Source: Acidobacteriota bacterium
GTDB taxonomy: Bacteria > Acidobacteriota > UBA6911
Direction: 5' to 3'
DNA: 32,643 bases
Assembly: GCA_023265215.1 (NCBI GenBank)
Contig: JAHFUH010000011.1
Coordinates: forward strand, 1-32,643
The notes beneath the pieces are model-generated. The model was given only the letters and a program-made list of their open reading frames with translations. It was not told the origin of the DNA and searched no databases. A program made the translations under genes and the position numbers. Position 1 is the first letter of the stretch; the number at the start of each line of letters is the position of its first letter. Below are positions 1 through 8,340 of this stretch, in pieces.

Positions 1-672
1 TCATCTGCAATATTCCTGGCTCTATGGATTACGGCAGTGATTGCCCTCGCACTGTACGTGGGCCGCCAGGTGAAAAAGCCCACACGCTATACAGGGCGGC
101 TGTTCGCGAAGCTGATGAACGCGAGTCATGCCGGGCTGACCGACTGGGCGATGAGCCATCTTGACATCCCGCCTCATGCGACAGCGCTGGATGTAGGATG
201 CGGCGGCGGCCGGACGATTGAGAAGCTCGCTGAGAAGTCTGCGTCGGTCTACGGCGTCGACTATGCCGCAGGGAGCGTGGCTGCATCGCGCGCGCACAAC
301 CAGCGGCTGATCGCAGAGGGTCGCGTATTTGTCGAAAGGGCTTCGGTGTCGAGGCTGCCCTTCGAAGCGGACAAGTTCGATGTGGCAACAGCGGTGGAGA
401 CACAATATTATTGGCCGAATCTCGAGAGCGACATGCATGAGATTCTGCGGGTGCTCAAGCCGGGCGGGCGCCTGATGGTTGTCGCCGAATCCTACAAGGG
501 CGCACGCAACGACGCGGTCCTTGGACCAGTGATGAAGATGCTCGGATCTTCCCGCTTGAGCGTAGAGGATCACCACGCGCTGTTTCTCGCTGCCGGTTTC
601 ACCGAGGTTGCGATCTTCGAAGAACGGAGCCGAGGGTGGCTCTGTGCAATCGGCAGAAAGCCCGTGCTGTAA
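1..672 (+). CDS. class I SAM-dependent methyltransferase; 5' end probably lies outside the window
   Basis: Frame 1 is open from base 1, with no stop before the GTG at 37, so the gene likely starts upstream. The N-terminus is hydrophobic (AIFLALWITAVIALALYV). It carries SAM motif I LDVGCGGGR and a later LKPGGRLMV, typical of Methyltransf_11/25-type enzymes. Confidence 0.8.
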   Translation, partial: SSAIFLALWITAVIALALYVGRQVKKPTRYTGRLFAKLMNASHAGLTDWAMSHLDIPPHATALDVGCGGGRTIEKLAEKSASVYGVDYAAGSVAASRAHNQRLIAEGRVFVERASVSRLPFEADKFDVATAVETQYYWPNLESDMHEILRVLKPGGRLMVVAESYKGARNDAVLGPVMKMLGSSRLSVEDHHALFLAAGFTEVAIFEERSRGWLCAIGRKPVL

Positions 673-752
673 ACCTTACTTCCGATTGCATCCAGATATC
701 AAATGCCTTTCACGCCTTGGATGAATTAAGATGTTTCGAAAAGGGGAAGAAA

Positions 753-1517
753 ATGGACCGTGTCAAAGGCAAGGTGGCAATTATAACCGGCGGAGCTGGA
801 GGTCTCGGGAGAGCTGAAGCTATTCTGCTCGCGGGTGAAGGCGCGCGCGTTGTCGTTACCGATATTGATGAAACGGCAATTGAAAAAGTATCGGTGGAGA
901 TCAACAGCCGAGGCGGAAAATGCATTTCCATTAAACATGATGTGACCAGCGAAAGCGATTGGAGCAGGGTCATACAAAGGACTCTAAGCGAATTTGGAAA
1001 ATTGGACGTTCTCGTCAACAACGCCGGTGTGATCTTCTACAAGAAAATCGAGGATACTTCGCTTGCAGAATGGCGGTCGCTCATGAGCGTCAATCTCGAT
1101 GGTGTTTTTCTCGGTATCCGGTTTGCAATTGAAACGATGAAAAAGACGGGAGGCGGTTCGATCATCAACATCGCTTCCGTCGCCGGCCTCATAGGCAACC
1201 CGGATGCGGCGGCTTACCACGCGAGCAAAGGTGGAGTGCGGTCTCTGACAAAAGCCGCAGCCATCGAGTGCTCAAAGGCAGGATATGGCTACAATATTCG
1301 CGTGAACTCCATTTATCCCGGGGTTATCGAAACCGCAATGGCGGATCCGTTGAAACAGGATGAGGTCAAGTATAGAACCGCTTTGAGCTGGCATCCGATC
1401 GGGCGTTTTGGAGAACCTGAAGATGTGGCAAACGGCGTCCTTTATCTGGCCTCGGAGGAATCAAAATTCATGACCGGCTCTGAACTCGTGATCGACGGCG
1501 GCTGGACGGCGAGGTGA
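753..1517 (+). CDS. short-chain dehydrogenase/reductase (SDR), FabG / glucose-1-dehydrogenase-like
   Basis: Cofactor motif KVAIITGGAGGLG, NNAG, and catalytic YHASK (Y-x3-K). I moved the start from the track position 636 to ATG 753, which is preceded by purine-rich AAGGGGAAGAAA and gives a normal SDR N-terminus. Confidence 0.9.
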   Translation: MDRVKGKVAIITGGAGGLGRAEAILLAGEGARVVVTDIDETAIEKVSVEINSRGGKCISIKHDVTSESDWSRVIQRTLSEFGKLDVLVNNAGVIFYKKIEDTSLAEWRSLMSVNLDGVFLGIRFAIETMKKTGGGSIINIASVAGLIGNPDAAAYHASKGGVRSLTKAAAIECSKAGYGYNIRVNSIYPGVIETAMADPLKQDEVKYRTALSWHPIGRFGEPEDVANGVLYLASEESKFMTGSELVIDGGWTAR

Positions 1518-1522
1518 ATAAA

Positions 1523-1553
1523 GAAGCCGGAAGCCGGAAGCCGGAAGCCGGAA
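1523..1553. repeat. tandem heptamer array (GAAGCCG) x4.4
   Basis: Read directly: gaagccg gaagccg gaagccg gaagccg gaa. It begins 5 nt after the SDR stop and lies between convergent genes. The same unit recurs at 2772-2802. Confidence 0.9.
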
Positions 1554-1565
1554 TAAAAGCCCATT

Positions 1566-2090
1566 CTATTCCGCAAGTTTTTCAATAGCGTCCACTATTT
1601 CGGCAACGAAACGGCTCTCCAACTCCACGGGCTGAAGTGCCCGGTAAAGCTCCTTCATTGCGAAGATCACGCCAATTACCAGGAGAGTCATGCCTGTGAT
1701 GAAAAAAACTACGGCGGCGACTATCAGTCGTGGCCACAGTACGCTGAGGCCCAAAACCAGCGAGCAAATAGAAAGGCATGCAATCGTAAGAAGAAAACAG
1801 GAAAGCGCCCGGCGGATAAGGTGCGCCCGGTATAACACATGGGTGCTCTGCACTTGCAGTGCCTCCAGCTTTTCCTGATGCATCATGGTCGTCACCGCGT
1901 CCGGCTGGGCGCTGGCACGTTGGCGCCCAAGTTCCTCCTCCTGCTCCTTCAAGCGTTCGCGGTGAAATATGCGAAGTCTCGACACCAGGCCGCTTAATCG
2001 GTTGTAAAAGGCCAGACACAACAACCCGCAGGCGGAAATAACGATAATCGGGCCGGTGCCTGCGGAAATAATTTTGGATAGATCTTCCAT
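1566..2090 (-). CDS. small integral membrane protein, DUF2721-like
   Basis: Hydrophobic helices (IIVISACGLLCLAFY, FLLTIACLSICSLVLGLSVLW, IVAAVVFFITGMTLLVIGVIF) flank a charged segment RERLKEQEEELGRQR. I chose ATG 2090 as the start because GGAG lies 5 nt upstream (GGAGCAGAAATG). The track start at 2198 would overlap the upstream radical SAM gene. The family assignment is from memory of its architecture. Confidence 0.55.
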   Translation of the reverse strand: MEDLSKIISAGTGPIIVISACGLLCLAFYNRLSGLVSRLRIFHRERLKEQEEELGRQRASAQPDAVTTMMHQEKLEALQVQSTHVLYRAHLIRRALSCFLLTIACLSICSLVLGLSVLWPRLIVAAVVFFITGMTLLVIGVIFAMKELYRALQPVELESRFVAEIVDAIEKLAE

Positions 2091-2139
2091 TTCTGCTCCG
2101 ATATTTGATAGCGGCTTCATCCGCGTTATTCGGCGTCTC

Positions 2140-2760
2140 TCAACGCACCCGGAACCGTTCGATTCCGAGGGAAAGGGCAAGCCTCCGGGATCGCTCAATC
2201 TCCTCGCCCGTCAAGGCCATCCCTACCACGCTTGCCTGCACACTTTTGAAAAAAGCGGGCGCGCGAGAGAGAAAATCCAGCATGCTTTTCCAAAAGGCTT
2301 CAGCCGGCGCAGGCGATTGGCCAAAGCCGGGCTTGCATAGTTCCTTGTATCGAGAAGAATCCGGCGCATTCATCGAAATGGAAACTTCGTCCACTGCATT
2401 CGACAATTCCGGGAGGATGTCGCGGCCATGGATCAGACAGCCGTGTCCATTCGTATTCAAGCGGATTCTGGCCCCGTTGCTCCGAAGCCACGAGGCTGAT
2501 TCCGTTATAAGCTCAAGGCGAAAGGTCGGCTCGCCATACCCACACCATATAAACTCGGACACTTCCGAAAATGAATTTTGGGCTAGAACAGAATCACGCA
2601 GCAAACTAAAATCCGGCTCACCGCCTCCCAAAAGGATTGCGCCGCCCAGCCCTTTCCTGTAATTGCGCACACAGAAGGTACAATGGTTGGTACACCTGTT
2701 CGTGACGTTCAGATAAAGACGCCACGGCTCGCCGTATGTATATGCGTAATCCACAGCCAT
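2140..2760 (-). CDS. small radical SAM protein (about 206 aa; resembles the TatD-associated radical SAM group)
   Basis: N-terminal CTNHCTFC (Cx3Cx2C) radical SAM cluster motif, followed by GGGEP and GYGEPT glycine-rich SAM-binding-like motifs. The short length fits the minimal radical SAM families. Confidence 0.75.
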   Translation of the reverse strand: MAVDYAYTYGEPWRLYLNVTNRCTNHCTFCVRNYRKGLGGAILLGGGEPDFSLLRDSVLAQNSFSEVSEFIWCGYGEPTFRLELITESASWLRSNGARIRLNTNGHGCLIHGRDILPELSNAVDEVSISMNAPDSSRYKELCKPGFGQSPAPAEAFWKSMLDFLSRAPAFFKSVQASVVGMALTGEEIERSRRLALSLGIERFRVR

Positions 2761-2771
2761 ATCCTACACCA

Positions 2772-2802
2772 GAAGCCGGAAACCGGAAGCCGGAAGCCGG
2801 AA
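2772..2802. repeat. tandem heptamer array (GAAGCCG family) x4.4
   Basis: gaagccg gaaaccg gaagccg gaagccg gaa lies immediately upstream of the radical SAM start codon. An inverted, degenerate complement array sits at 2905-2936. Confidence 0.9.
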
Positions 2803-2904
2803 TTTTTCGAAGCGAGGATATTATTTGCAGATGACTGATAAAGTAACCGGCTGCCAGCGAGATGCCGGCGCTCCCAGCAATGTCGGACTCAATCACCCTA
2901 TGCC

Positions 2905-2936
2905 CTTCCGGCTTCTTGCTTCCAGCTTCCAGCTTC
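2905..2936. repeat. degenerate complementary heptamer array (CTTCCGG CTTCTTG CTTCCAG CTTCCAG CTTC)
   Basis: Heptamer phasing was read directly. The first 11 nt (cttccggcttc) are the exact reverse complement of the 2772-2802 unit, giving an imperfect long-range hairpin with a loop of about 100 nt. Confidence 0.8.
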
Positions 2937-3091
2937 TTTGTTCCCCCCGGGAACCAAATTCCCGTCTTGCCCGTATTAACGTATGTTCTTGACCTGTCTC
3001 GGGCTCCCATATATAAAAGGATGGACCAGGTAGGTTTCATCGGCAGTTTATTTTGGTTTAACTCGTCCTAGCTATAGGAGCGCTGCCCCAA

Positions 3092-3760
3092 ATGTCAGAA
3101 GAAGAAAAAAATACAGAAGAAGCAGTCAAACCGGGCGTATCCCGCAGGAGTTTTTTAAAGGACGCAGGTTTAATGATTGGGGCGCCCGGCCTGGGTTCCA
3201 TTGCTGCGGTTGCCGGGCAAATTGCGACTTCGCCCAAAGCTGAAGCCGCGCAATCTCCTAATCAGACGGCCCCCCAAAAGATCACATCCACGGCTACAAC
3301 AATTGACCTGACGGTCAACGGTGGGAAATACAGATTTGCCGTTGAGCAGAACTGGAGTCTGCGTCAGCTTCTGCGAGACCAGATCGGGTTCACATCGCCC
3401 AAAGACTGGTGCGGCGGCCAGGGAGCATGCGGATCCTGCACTGTCATAATGAACGGCAGACCTGTTTTGTCGTGCATGACATTGGCGTGTGAATGCGACG
3501 GCGCTGTCGTCGAAACCGCAGAGGGCATCGCAAAAGCCAAACACCCTATTATCCAGGCTTATATCAACAACAATGCTTTTCAATGCGGCTATTGCACTCC
3601 CGGTTTTGTCTGCACAGCAAAAGCATTGCTGGACAGGAATAAAAAACCCACGGAAGCGGACGTGAGAGATGCGCTGGGCGGAAATCTCTGCCGATGCGCC
3701 ACATACCAGCGGCATCCGCCGGCCGTTCTGGAAGCCGCAGCAAATCTCGGCAAAGCCTAG
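3092..3760 (+). CDS. (2Fe-2S)-binding small subunit of a xanthine-dehydrogenase-family molybdoenzyme, Tat-exported (PaoA/CoxS-like)
   Basis: Twin-arginine signal SRRSFLKDAGLMIGAPGLGS. Cluster motifs CGGQGACGSCTV, CGYCTPGF and GNLCRCATY are characteristic of the two [2Fe-2S] domains of this family. Confidence 0.9.
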   Translation: MSEEEKNTEEAVKPGVSRRSFLKDAGLMIGAPGLGSIAAVAGQIATSPKAEAAQSPNQTAPQKITSTATTIDLTVNGGKYRFAVEQNWSLRQLLRDQIGFTSPKDWCGGQGACGSCTVIMNGRPVLSCMTLACECDGAVVETAEGIAKAKHPIIQAYINNNAFQCGYCTPGFVCTAKALLDRNKKPTEADVRDALGGNLCRCATYQRHPPAVLEAAANLGKA

Positions 3761-3821
3761 GACACGGCAATGAGTTTGAACATGAATCGGTATCAAGAAT
3801 GCTAAAGCGCAGGAGCTGAAC

Positions 3822-4784
3822 ATGAAGACATGGAAGAAGTTTGCACATGTTAACGCAAAAACCGTCGATGAAGCTGCTTCAATTTTACGGGCGGGGAAAG
3901 CTGTTGCGCTGTCCGGCGGCACCGATATCCTGAGCGCCATGAGATTTGAAATATTACCGAACTACCCCGAAGTGGTGGTGAACCTGAAGAGCATACCGGG
4001 ACTGGACTATATCAAAGAAGAATCCGGCATACTCAAAATCGGAGCCTTGGTCCGGATGGAAGACATTGTCAGGAATGACACGATTAAAGCCAAATACGTC
4101 GCGCTGGCCGAAGCTGCGCACCGGACAGCGTCTCCTCACATCCGGGAAATGGGCACTATTGCGGGCAACATCTGCCAGATGCCGCGCTGCTGGTACTTTC
4201 GCCTCCCCGATAACCGATTCTATTGCACTCGCAAGGGCGGGAAGATGTGCTATGCAATGGCAGGAGAAAACAGGTACCATTCGATTTTCGGGGCATTGAA
4301 GGCCTGCATTGCCGTTAATGCGAGCGACACAGCCCCGGCGCTTGTCGCTTTGAATGCCAAAATAAAAACCAACAAGCGCCTGATTGAAGCGGAAGCTTTC
4401 TGGGACATGAATGTGCCCGGTTCCACTGTTCTGGCCGCTGATGAAATCGTCACTGAAATTCAAATCCCGGCGCCGGCTCCGGGCGTGAAAAGCTCTTTCA
4501 TCAAATTCGCTATTCGTAAGTCAATCGACTTCCCCATTGTCAACTGCGCCGCGATGATCGGCGGCGGAACTGCCAGGATATGCCTCAACGCCGTCTACAA
4601 CAAACCTTACCGCGCCACCGCTGCTGAAGACGCCATCAAGGGAAAGGCCATTAACGAATCCAGCGCAGATGCGGCTGGCGCCGCTGCAGTGTCAGCAGCC
4701 AACCCTATGCCAGGCGATCGAAACAAATGGAAAATTCCGATTGCCAAGACAATGGTAAAACGCTCCATCCTTGCATGCTCCTAA
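3822..4784 (+). CDS. FAD-binding medium subunit of a xanthine-dehydrogenase-family enzyme (PaoB/CoxM-like)
   Basis: ALSGGTDIL FAD-binding motif near the N-terminus. A Cys-containing segment, CQMPRCWYFRLPDNRFYCTRKGGKMC, is compatible with the extra Fe-S site seen in PaoB-type subunits. It lies directly downstream of the 2Fe-2S subunit. Confidence 0.85.
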   Translation: MKTWKKFAHVNAKTVDEAASILRAGKAVALSGGTDILSAMRFEILPNYPEVVVNLKSIPGLDYIKEESGILKIGALVRMEDIVRNDTIKAKYVALAEAAHRTASPHIREMGTIAGNICQMPRCWYFRLPDNRFYCTRKGGKMCYAMAGENRYHSIFGALKACIAVNASDTAPALVALNAKIKTNKRLIEAEAFWDMNVPGSTVLAADEIVTEIQIPAPAPGVKSSFIKFAIRKSIDFPIVNCAAMIGGGTARICLNAVYNKPYRATAAEDAIKGKAINESSADAAGAAAVSAANPMPGDRNKWKIPIAKTMVKRSILACS

Positions 4785-4791
4785 GAGTTTG

Positions 4792-4871
4792 AAGGTAGAC
4801 GCGGCGTCTCGCCGCGTTCAACTTTCCGTTTAGAAGAAATAAGGCACGCGGCGAGACGCCGCGTCTACCTT
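4792..4871. repeat. 26-bp inverted repeat (25 bp perfect plus one flanking pair) with a 28-nt loop
   Basis: aaggtagacgcggcgtctcgccgcg (4792-4816) is the exact reverse complement of cgcggcgagacgccgcgtctacctt (4847-4871). Each arm contains the self-complementary core agacgcggcgtct. It sits between the FAD-subunit stop and the ubiX RBS. Confidence 0.9.
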
Positions 4872-4884
4872 TTAGGAGATCGAG

Positions 4885-5466
4885 TTGAAGATAGCGGTCG
4901 GCATAAATGGAGCTACCGGAGTCATTTACGGGATACGCCTGCTCCAGGTTCTTTCAGGCATCAAGGGCGTTGAAACGCATCTCATCATTTCGCATGCCGG
5001 CGAACGGACCATTGAAATCGAGACCGATTACAAGCCCGGAGAAATAAAAGCTCTGGCAACCTGCGCTTATCCGGTCGAGGACATAGGAGCTTGCCTCGCC
5101 AGCGGTTCTTTTCTGCTCGACGGCATGATCATAGCGCCCTGCACCATGAAGACGCTTTCGGCATTAGCTAATTCCTATGCAGACAACCTGTTGACCCGTA
5201 CGGCGGATGTGGTTCTCAAAGAGCGCGGAAGACTTGTTCTTCTGGTCCGCGAAACGCCCCTGCATCTCGGACACCTGAGGAATATGGCCAGGGTAACCGA
5301 AATGGGCGCAATCGTCATGCCTCCGATCCCCGCTTTCTATCACAAGCCGCAAACGATTCAGGACATAGTCGACCATTCCGTCGGAAAAGCCCTGGATCTT
5401 TTCAGGATTGAGCACAACCTGTTCCGCAGATGGCCTGGATCGAGCAATCAAAATGAAATCAATTAA
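4885..5466 (+). CDS. ubiX: flavin prenyltransferase UbiX
   Basis: INGATGVIYGIRLLQVL and APCTMKTLSALANSYADNLLTRTADVVLKERGRLVLLVRETPL match the UbiX/Pad1 signature. The TTG start is preceded by AGGAG 6 nt upstream. Confidence 0.9.
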   Translation: MKIAVGINGATGVIYGIRLLQVLSGIKGVETHLIISHAGERTIEIETDYKPGEIKALATCAYPVEDIGACLASGSFLLDGMIIAPCTMKTLSALANSYADNLLTRTADVVLKERGRLVLLVRETPLHLGHLRNMARVTEMGAIVMPPIPAFYHKPQTIQDIVDHSVGKALDLFRIEHNLFRRWPGSSNQNEIN

Positions 5467-5815
5467 ACTTAGTCAGGGGACCGGGCGCACCGGAGTTCAG
5501 CTTTCCACTCAGCTGATCGGCAGCGATCTTATTGTTTGCATATTTAATAAGAAGGGGCACATAGGAGCCGTTGCAGTTGCGGATTACGACTTCAAAGAGA
5601 AGCGGGCATCCACCTCGATCATAACCAGGCTCGGGCACAAAGATGATCACGTGGCGTACAACGCCGCTTATAAGCTCTGCCGCCGGCTCCGAAAACCCGT
5701 TTGCGTCATAGCCGGGATTCACGTAGACAACATCAGCAAAGAAGAAATAGCCCAGATCACGCGCAACTGCGACGCCCTTTTGGAAAAGGGCATCGAGTCT
5801 ATTTGTAATTACTAA
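5453..5815 (+). CDS. small LpdD-like protein (putative prenylated-FMN chaperone / UbiD-system accessory subunit)
   Basis: It is 120 aa and overlaps the ubiX 3' end by 14 nt. GSDLIVCIFNKKGHIGAVAVA and CVIAGIHVDNISKEEI resemble the conserved blocks of LpdD-type proteins as I remember them. The assignment is unverified. Confidence 0.5.
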   Translation: MKSIKLSQGTGRTGVQLSTQLIGSDLIVCIFNKKGHIGAVAVADYDFKEKRASTSIITRLGHKDDHVAYNAAYKLCRRLRKPVCVIAGIHVDNISKEEIAQITRNCDALLEKGIESICNY

Positions 5816-6627
5816 TCGGCGCGCAGAGCCTCTCTGCTGTTGTTCCCGGACTTCAGGGTAATCGAATTGCCGTGAATCTCGCCAGTGTATTCGACCGGAC
5901 CCGCTGAAAATTTGAACGTATCGCCTGTTATCTTGCCTGCAAATTGGACACTTTTGCCGCCGGATACAAGAGCGCCGCTAATTTTCTGGAATTCCTGATT
6001 CACAGTGATCTCGCCGTCGGGAAGCTTCCATTTCCCCGCCATCTTCGCCGGCACAATCCAGAAATATGCGGTGCACCAGGTGGTGCAGCCATTTTCAATG
6101 TGGATGGTATCGTCTGCTTCCCAATCCTCCATCGTGAAACTGTTTGAAACAACGCGGGTGCCGGGCTTCATGTCCAGAATTTTCGGGCGCAGTTTCATGT
6201 TTATATCGGGCAGCAAAAACATGGTCACGACAGTCGCCTTGGAAAAATCGCTCTCGAACAAATCGGCTTTGATGAAGGTTGCTTTTTCGCTCACCCCTGC
6301 TTTGGCGGCATTTTGTTTCGACAAATCAACCATATCGGGATTGAATTCGATGCCGAGGGACCGGGCACCGCGTTTTGCGGCGGTGATGACAGTTCTCCCG
6401 TCGCCTGAACCAAGATCCACGACAAAATCCTGAGGAGTAACTTTCGCAATATCGAGCATTCTATCGACCAAGTCCTGCTGAGTGGGCACCCACACGACAT
6501 CTTTCCCCTGTTGCCCAACTGTAGGCTGATACACGCTTCCCTGCTGAGCCTGAGCCAGGGCACCTGCGGCGATAAACGCCAGTCCTAAAATCACACACAG
6601 CCAACGAACGGAATTCGATCGATTCAT
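5812..6627 (-). CDS. SAM-dependent methyltransferase-fold protein with an N-terminal signal peptide or membrane anchor
   Basis: MNRSNSVRWLCVILGLAFIAAGALAQAQQ is signal-like. SAM motif I is VVDLGSGDGRTV, followed by GIEFNPDMV. I chose ATG 6627 as the start because GGAG lies 6 nt upstream. Confidence 0.75.
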   Translation of the reverse strand: MNRSNSVRWLCVILGLAFIAAGALAQAQQGSVYQPTVGQQGKDVVWVPTQQDLVDRMLDIAKVTPQDFVVDLGSGDGRTVITAAKRGARSLGIEFNPDMVDLSKQNAAKAGVSEKATFIKADLFESDFSKATVVTMFLLPDINMKLRPKILDMKPGTRVVSNSFTMEDWEADDTIHIENGCTTWCTAYFWIVPAKMAGKWKLPDGEITVNQEFQKISGALVSGGKSVQFAGKITGDTFKFSAGPVEYTGEIHGNSITLKSGNNSREALRAD

Positions 6628-6703
6628 ACTCAGCTCCCCTGTCCATTTCTGATTAATGGCATTTGACAAACATCGCTCATCGAAGGTCGTGATTATAACT
6701 GAT

Positions 6704-6777
6704 AAAACGCCACGGATTCCACAGACCCAAAAAGAATTTGAAGAAATCTGTGAAATCCGTGGAATCCGTGGCGTTTT
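6704..6777. repeat. 19-bp perfect inverted repeat (CCACGGATT family) with a tandem unit duplication
   Basis: aaaacgccacggattccac (6704-6722) pairs with gtggaatccgtggcgtttt (6759-6777). The right arm is preceded by a second unit, gaaatccgtg. It lies between divergent genes, so it is not a terminator here. Confidence 0.9.
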
Positions 6778-6822
6778 TTGCTAAGCTCATCAACAACCAG
6801 GCAACAATTTGGAGGATCCGCC

Positions 6823-8340
6823 ATGTCCAGATGTCTTATCATTCTGTTTCTCGGTGCCGCGCTGAATGCCGTCGCCCAAACTCCCTGTGAAAATTTGAAA
6901 TCACTTGCTCTTCCGAATACAACCATCACTGCCGCCGAATCCATTGCAGCAGGCCCATATAGGCCTCAAAGCAAGGCGCCGGCAGGTGCGCCTCAACAGG
7001 CCGCGGCAAATCTGCCGGCTTATTGCCGCGTTGCCGCCGTTCTGAAGCCTTCCCCTGATTCGGAAATCGAAATGGAAGTGTGGCTTCCCGCTGAAAACTG
7101 GAATGGAAAATTTCAGGCGGTGGGCAACGGAGGATGGGCCGGGTCAATCAGCTTTCCGGCGATGTCCTCGGCGCTCCAGGAAGGATATGCAACAGCTTCG
7201 ACCGACACAGGTCACAAAGGCATGAATTCCGTCTTTGGAATCGGACACCCGGAAAAAGTTGTGGATTACGCCTATCGTTCGGTCCACGAAATGACAGTCC
7301 AATCAAAAGCCATCATGGCGGCTTTTTACGGCAAAAGCCCGCGCTTGTCCTATTGGAACGGCTGTTCCACCGGAGGACGTCAAGGCTTGATGGAGGCGCA
7401 GCGCTATCCGGAAGACTTCGACGGGATAATAGCCGGGGCGCCTGCCAATTTTCACAGCCACCTGCACTCGGGAGATATGGCGGTTTCCGTTCCGGTTCTG
7501 AAAGATCCATCCAGCAGCGTTCCAAGAACCAAGTTAACGCTTTTGAACCAGGCGGTTATGGCCGCATGCGACATGCTCGACGGAGTAAAGGACGGGCTTA
7601 TATCGGATCCGATTCAGTGCCACTATGACCCATCCGCGCTTCTTTGCCGCAGCGGCGATGCAGATAACTGCCTCACTGCACCGCAACTCGAAGCCGTCAA
7701 AAGAGTTTATTCCCCCCCGAAAATGAAAAATGGAGATCCGATTTTCCCTGGAAAAGAGCCGGGAAGCGAACTGGACTGGAGCATGCTTAACAGCAAACAG
7801 CCGTCCACGGTATCGGTTGGGACTTTTCAATTGACGTATCAGGATCCCAATTGGGACTGGCAGACCTATGAAGCGGATCGGGATACGACGCTCGCGGACC
7901 AGAAGACCGGCTTCATCAATGCGATAGATCCCGATCTGAAAACCTTCAAGGCGCGCGGGGGGAAATTGCTCCTCTATCACGGATGGAATGACTTTGGAAT
8001 ATCTCCCGGCAATACGGTCAATTATTATTCGAGCGTGCTTGCGAAAATGGGAAACCAACAAGATAACTGGCTGAGGCTGTTCATGGTTCCGGGTATGGGG
8101 CATTGCAGCGGAGGCCCCGGACCGAACCAGGCTGATTTCATGAGTGCGATGGAGCGTTGGAGGGAAGGCAGCACCGCTCCCAGCCAAATCACCGCATATC
8201 ACGTAAGCAACAACCGGGTCGACATGACGCGGCCGCTTTGTCCATATCCGCAGGTGGCCAAATACAAGGGACTCGGCAGCACGAATGACGCCATGAGTTT
8301 CTCCTGTGTTGCGCCGTCAGGCACCGGGAAAACAAAATGA
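6823..8340 (+). CDS. secreted tannase / feruloyl esterase family alpha/beta hydrolase
   Basis: Signal peptide MSRCLIILFLGAALNAVAQ. The family signature is WNGCSTGGRQGLMEAQRYPEDFDGIIAGAPA, with the nucleophile in GCSTGG. The start at ATG 6823 has GGAGGA 6 nt upstream. Confidence 0.85.
   Translation: MSRCLIILFLGAALNAVAQTPCENLKSLALPNTTITAAESIAAGPYRPQSKAPAGAPQQAAANLPAYCRVAAVLKPSPDSEIEMEVWLPAENWNGKFQAVGNGGWAGSISFPAMSSALQEGYATASTDTGHKGMNSVFGIGHPEKVVDYAYRSVHEMTVQSKAIMAAFYGKSPRLSYWNGCSTGGRQGLMEAQRYPEDFDGIIAGAPANFHSHLHSGDMAVSVPVLKDPSSSVPRTKLTLLNQAVMAACDMLDGVKDGLISDPIQCHYDPSALLCRSGDADNCLTAPQLEAVKRVYSPPKMKNGDPIFPGKEPGSELDWSMLNSKQPSTVSVGTFQLTYQDPNWDWQTYEADRDTTLADQKTGFINAIDPDLKTFKARGGKLLLYHGWNDFGISPGNTVNYYSSVLAKMGNQQDNWLRLFMVPGMGHCSGGPGPNQADFMSAMERWREGSTAPSQITAYHVSNNRVDMTRPLCPYPQVAKYKGLGSTNDAMSFSCVAPSGTGKTK

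Noticed and set aside
636-752. An upstream extension of the first SDR ORF that overlaps the methyltransferase 3' end.
   Set aside because: The extension has no SDR similarity. ATG 753 places the TGxxxGxG motif at the usual distance from the N-terminus and has a purine-rich RBS.
2618-3040. A 140-aa minus-strand ORF spanning the radical SAM upstream region.
   Set aside because: It overlaps the radical SAM gene start and mostly translates the heptamer arrays (PASGFRFPASG, KKLEAGSKKPEG). Any resemblance to a degraded small gene in the 100-nt loop was too weak to call.
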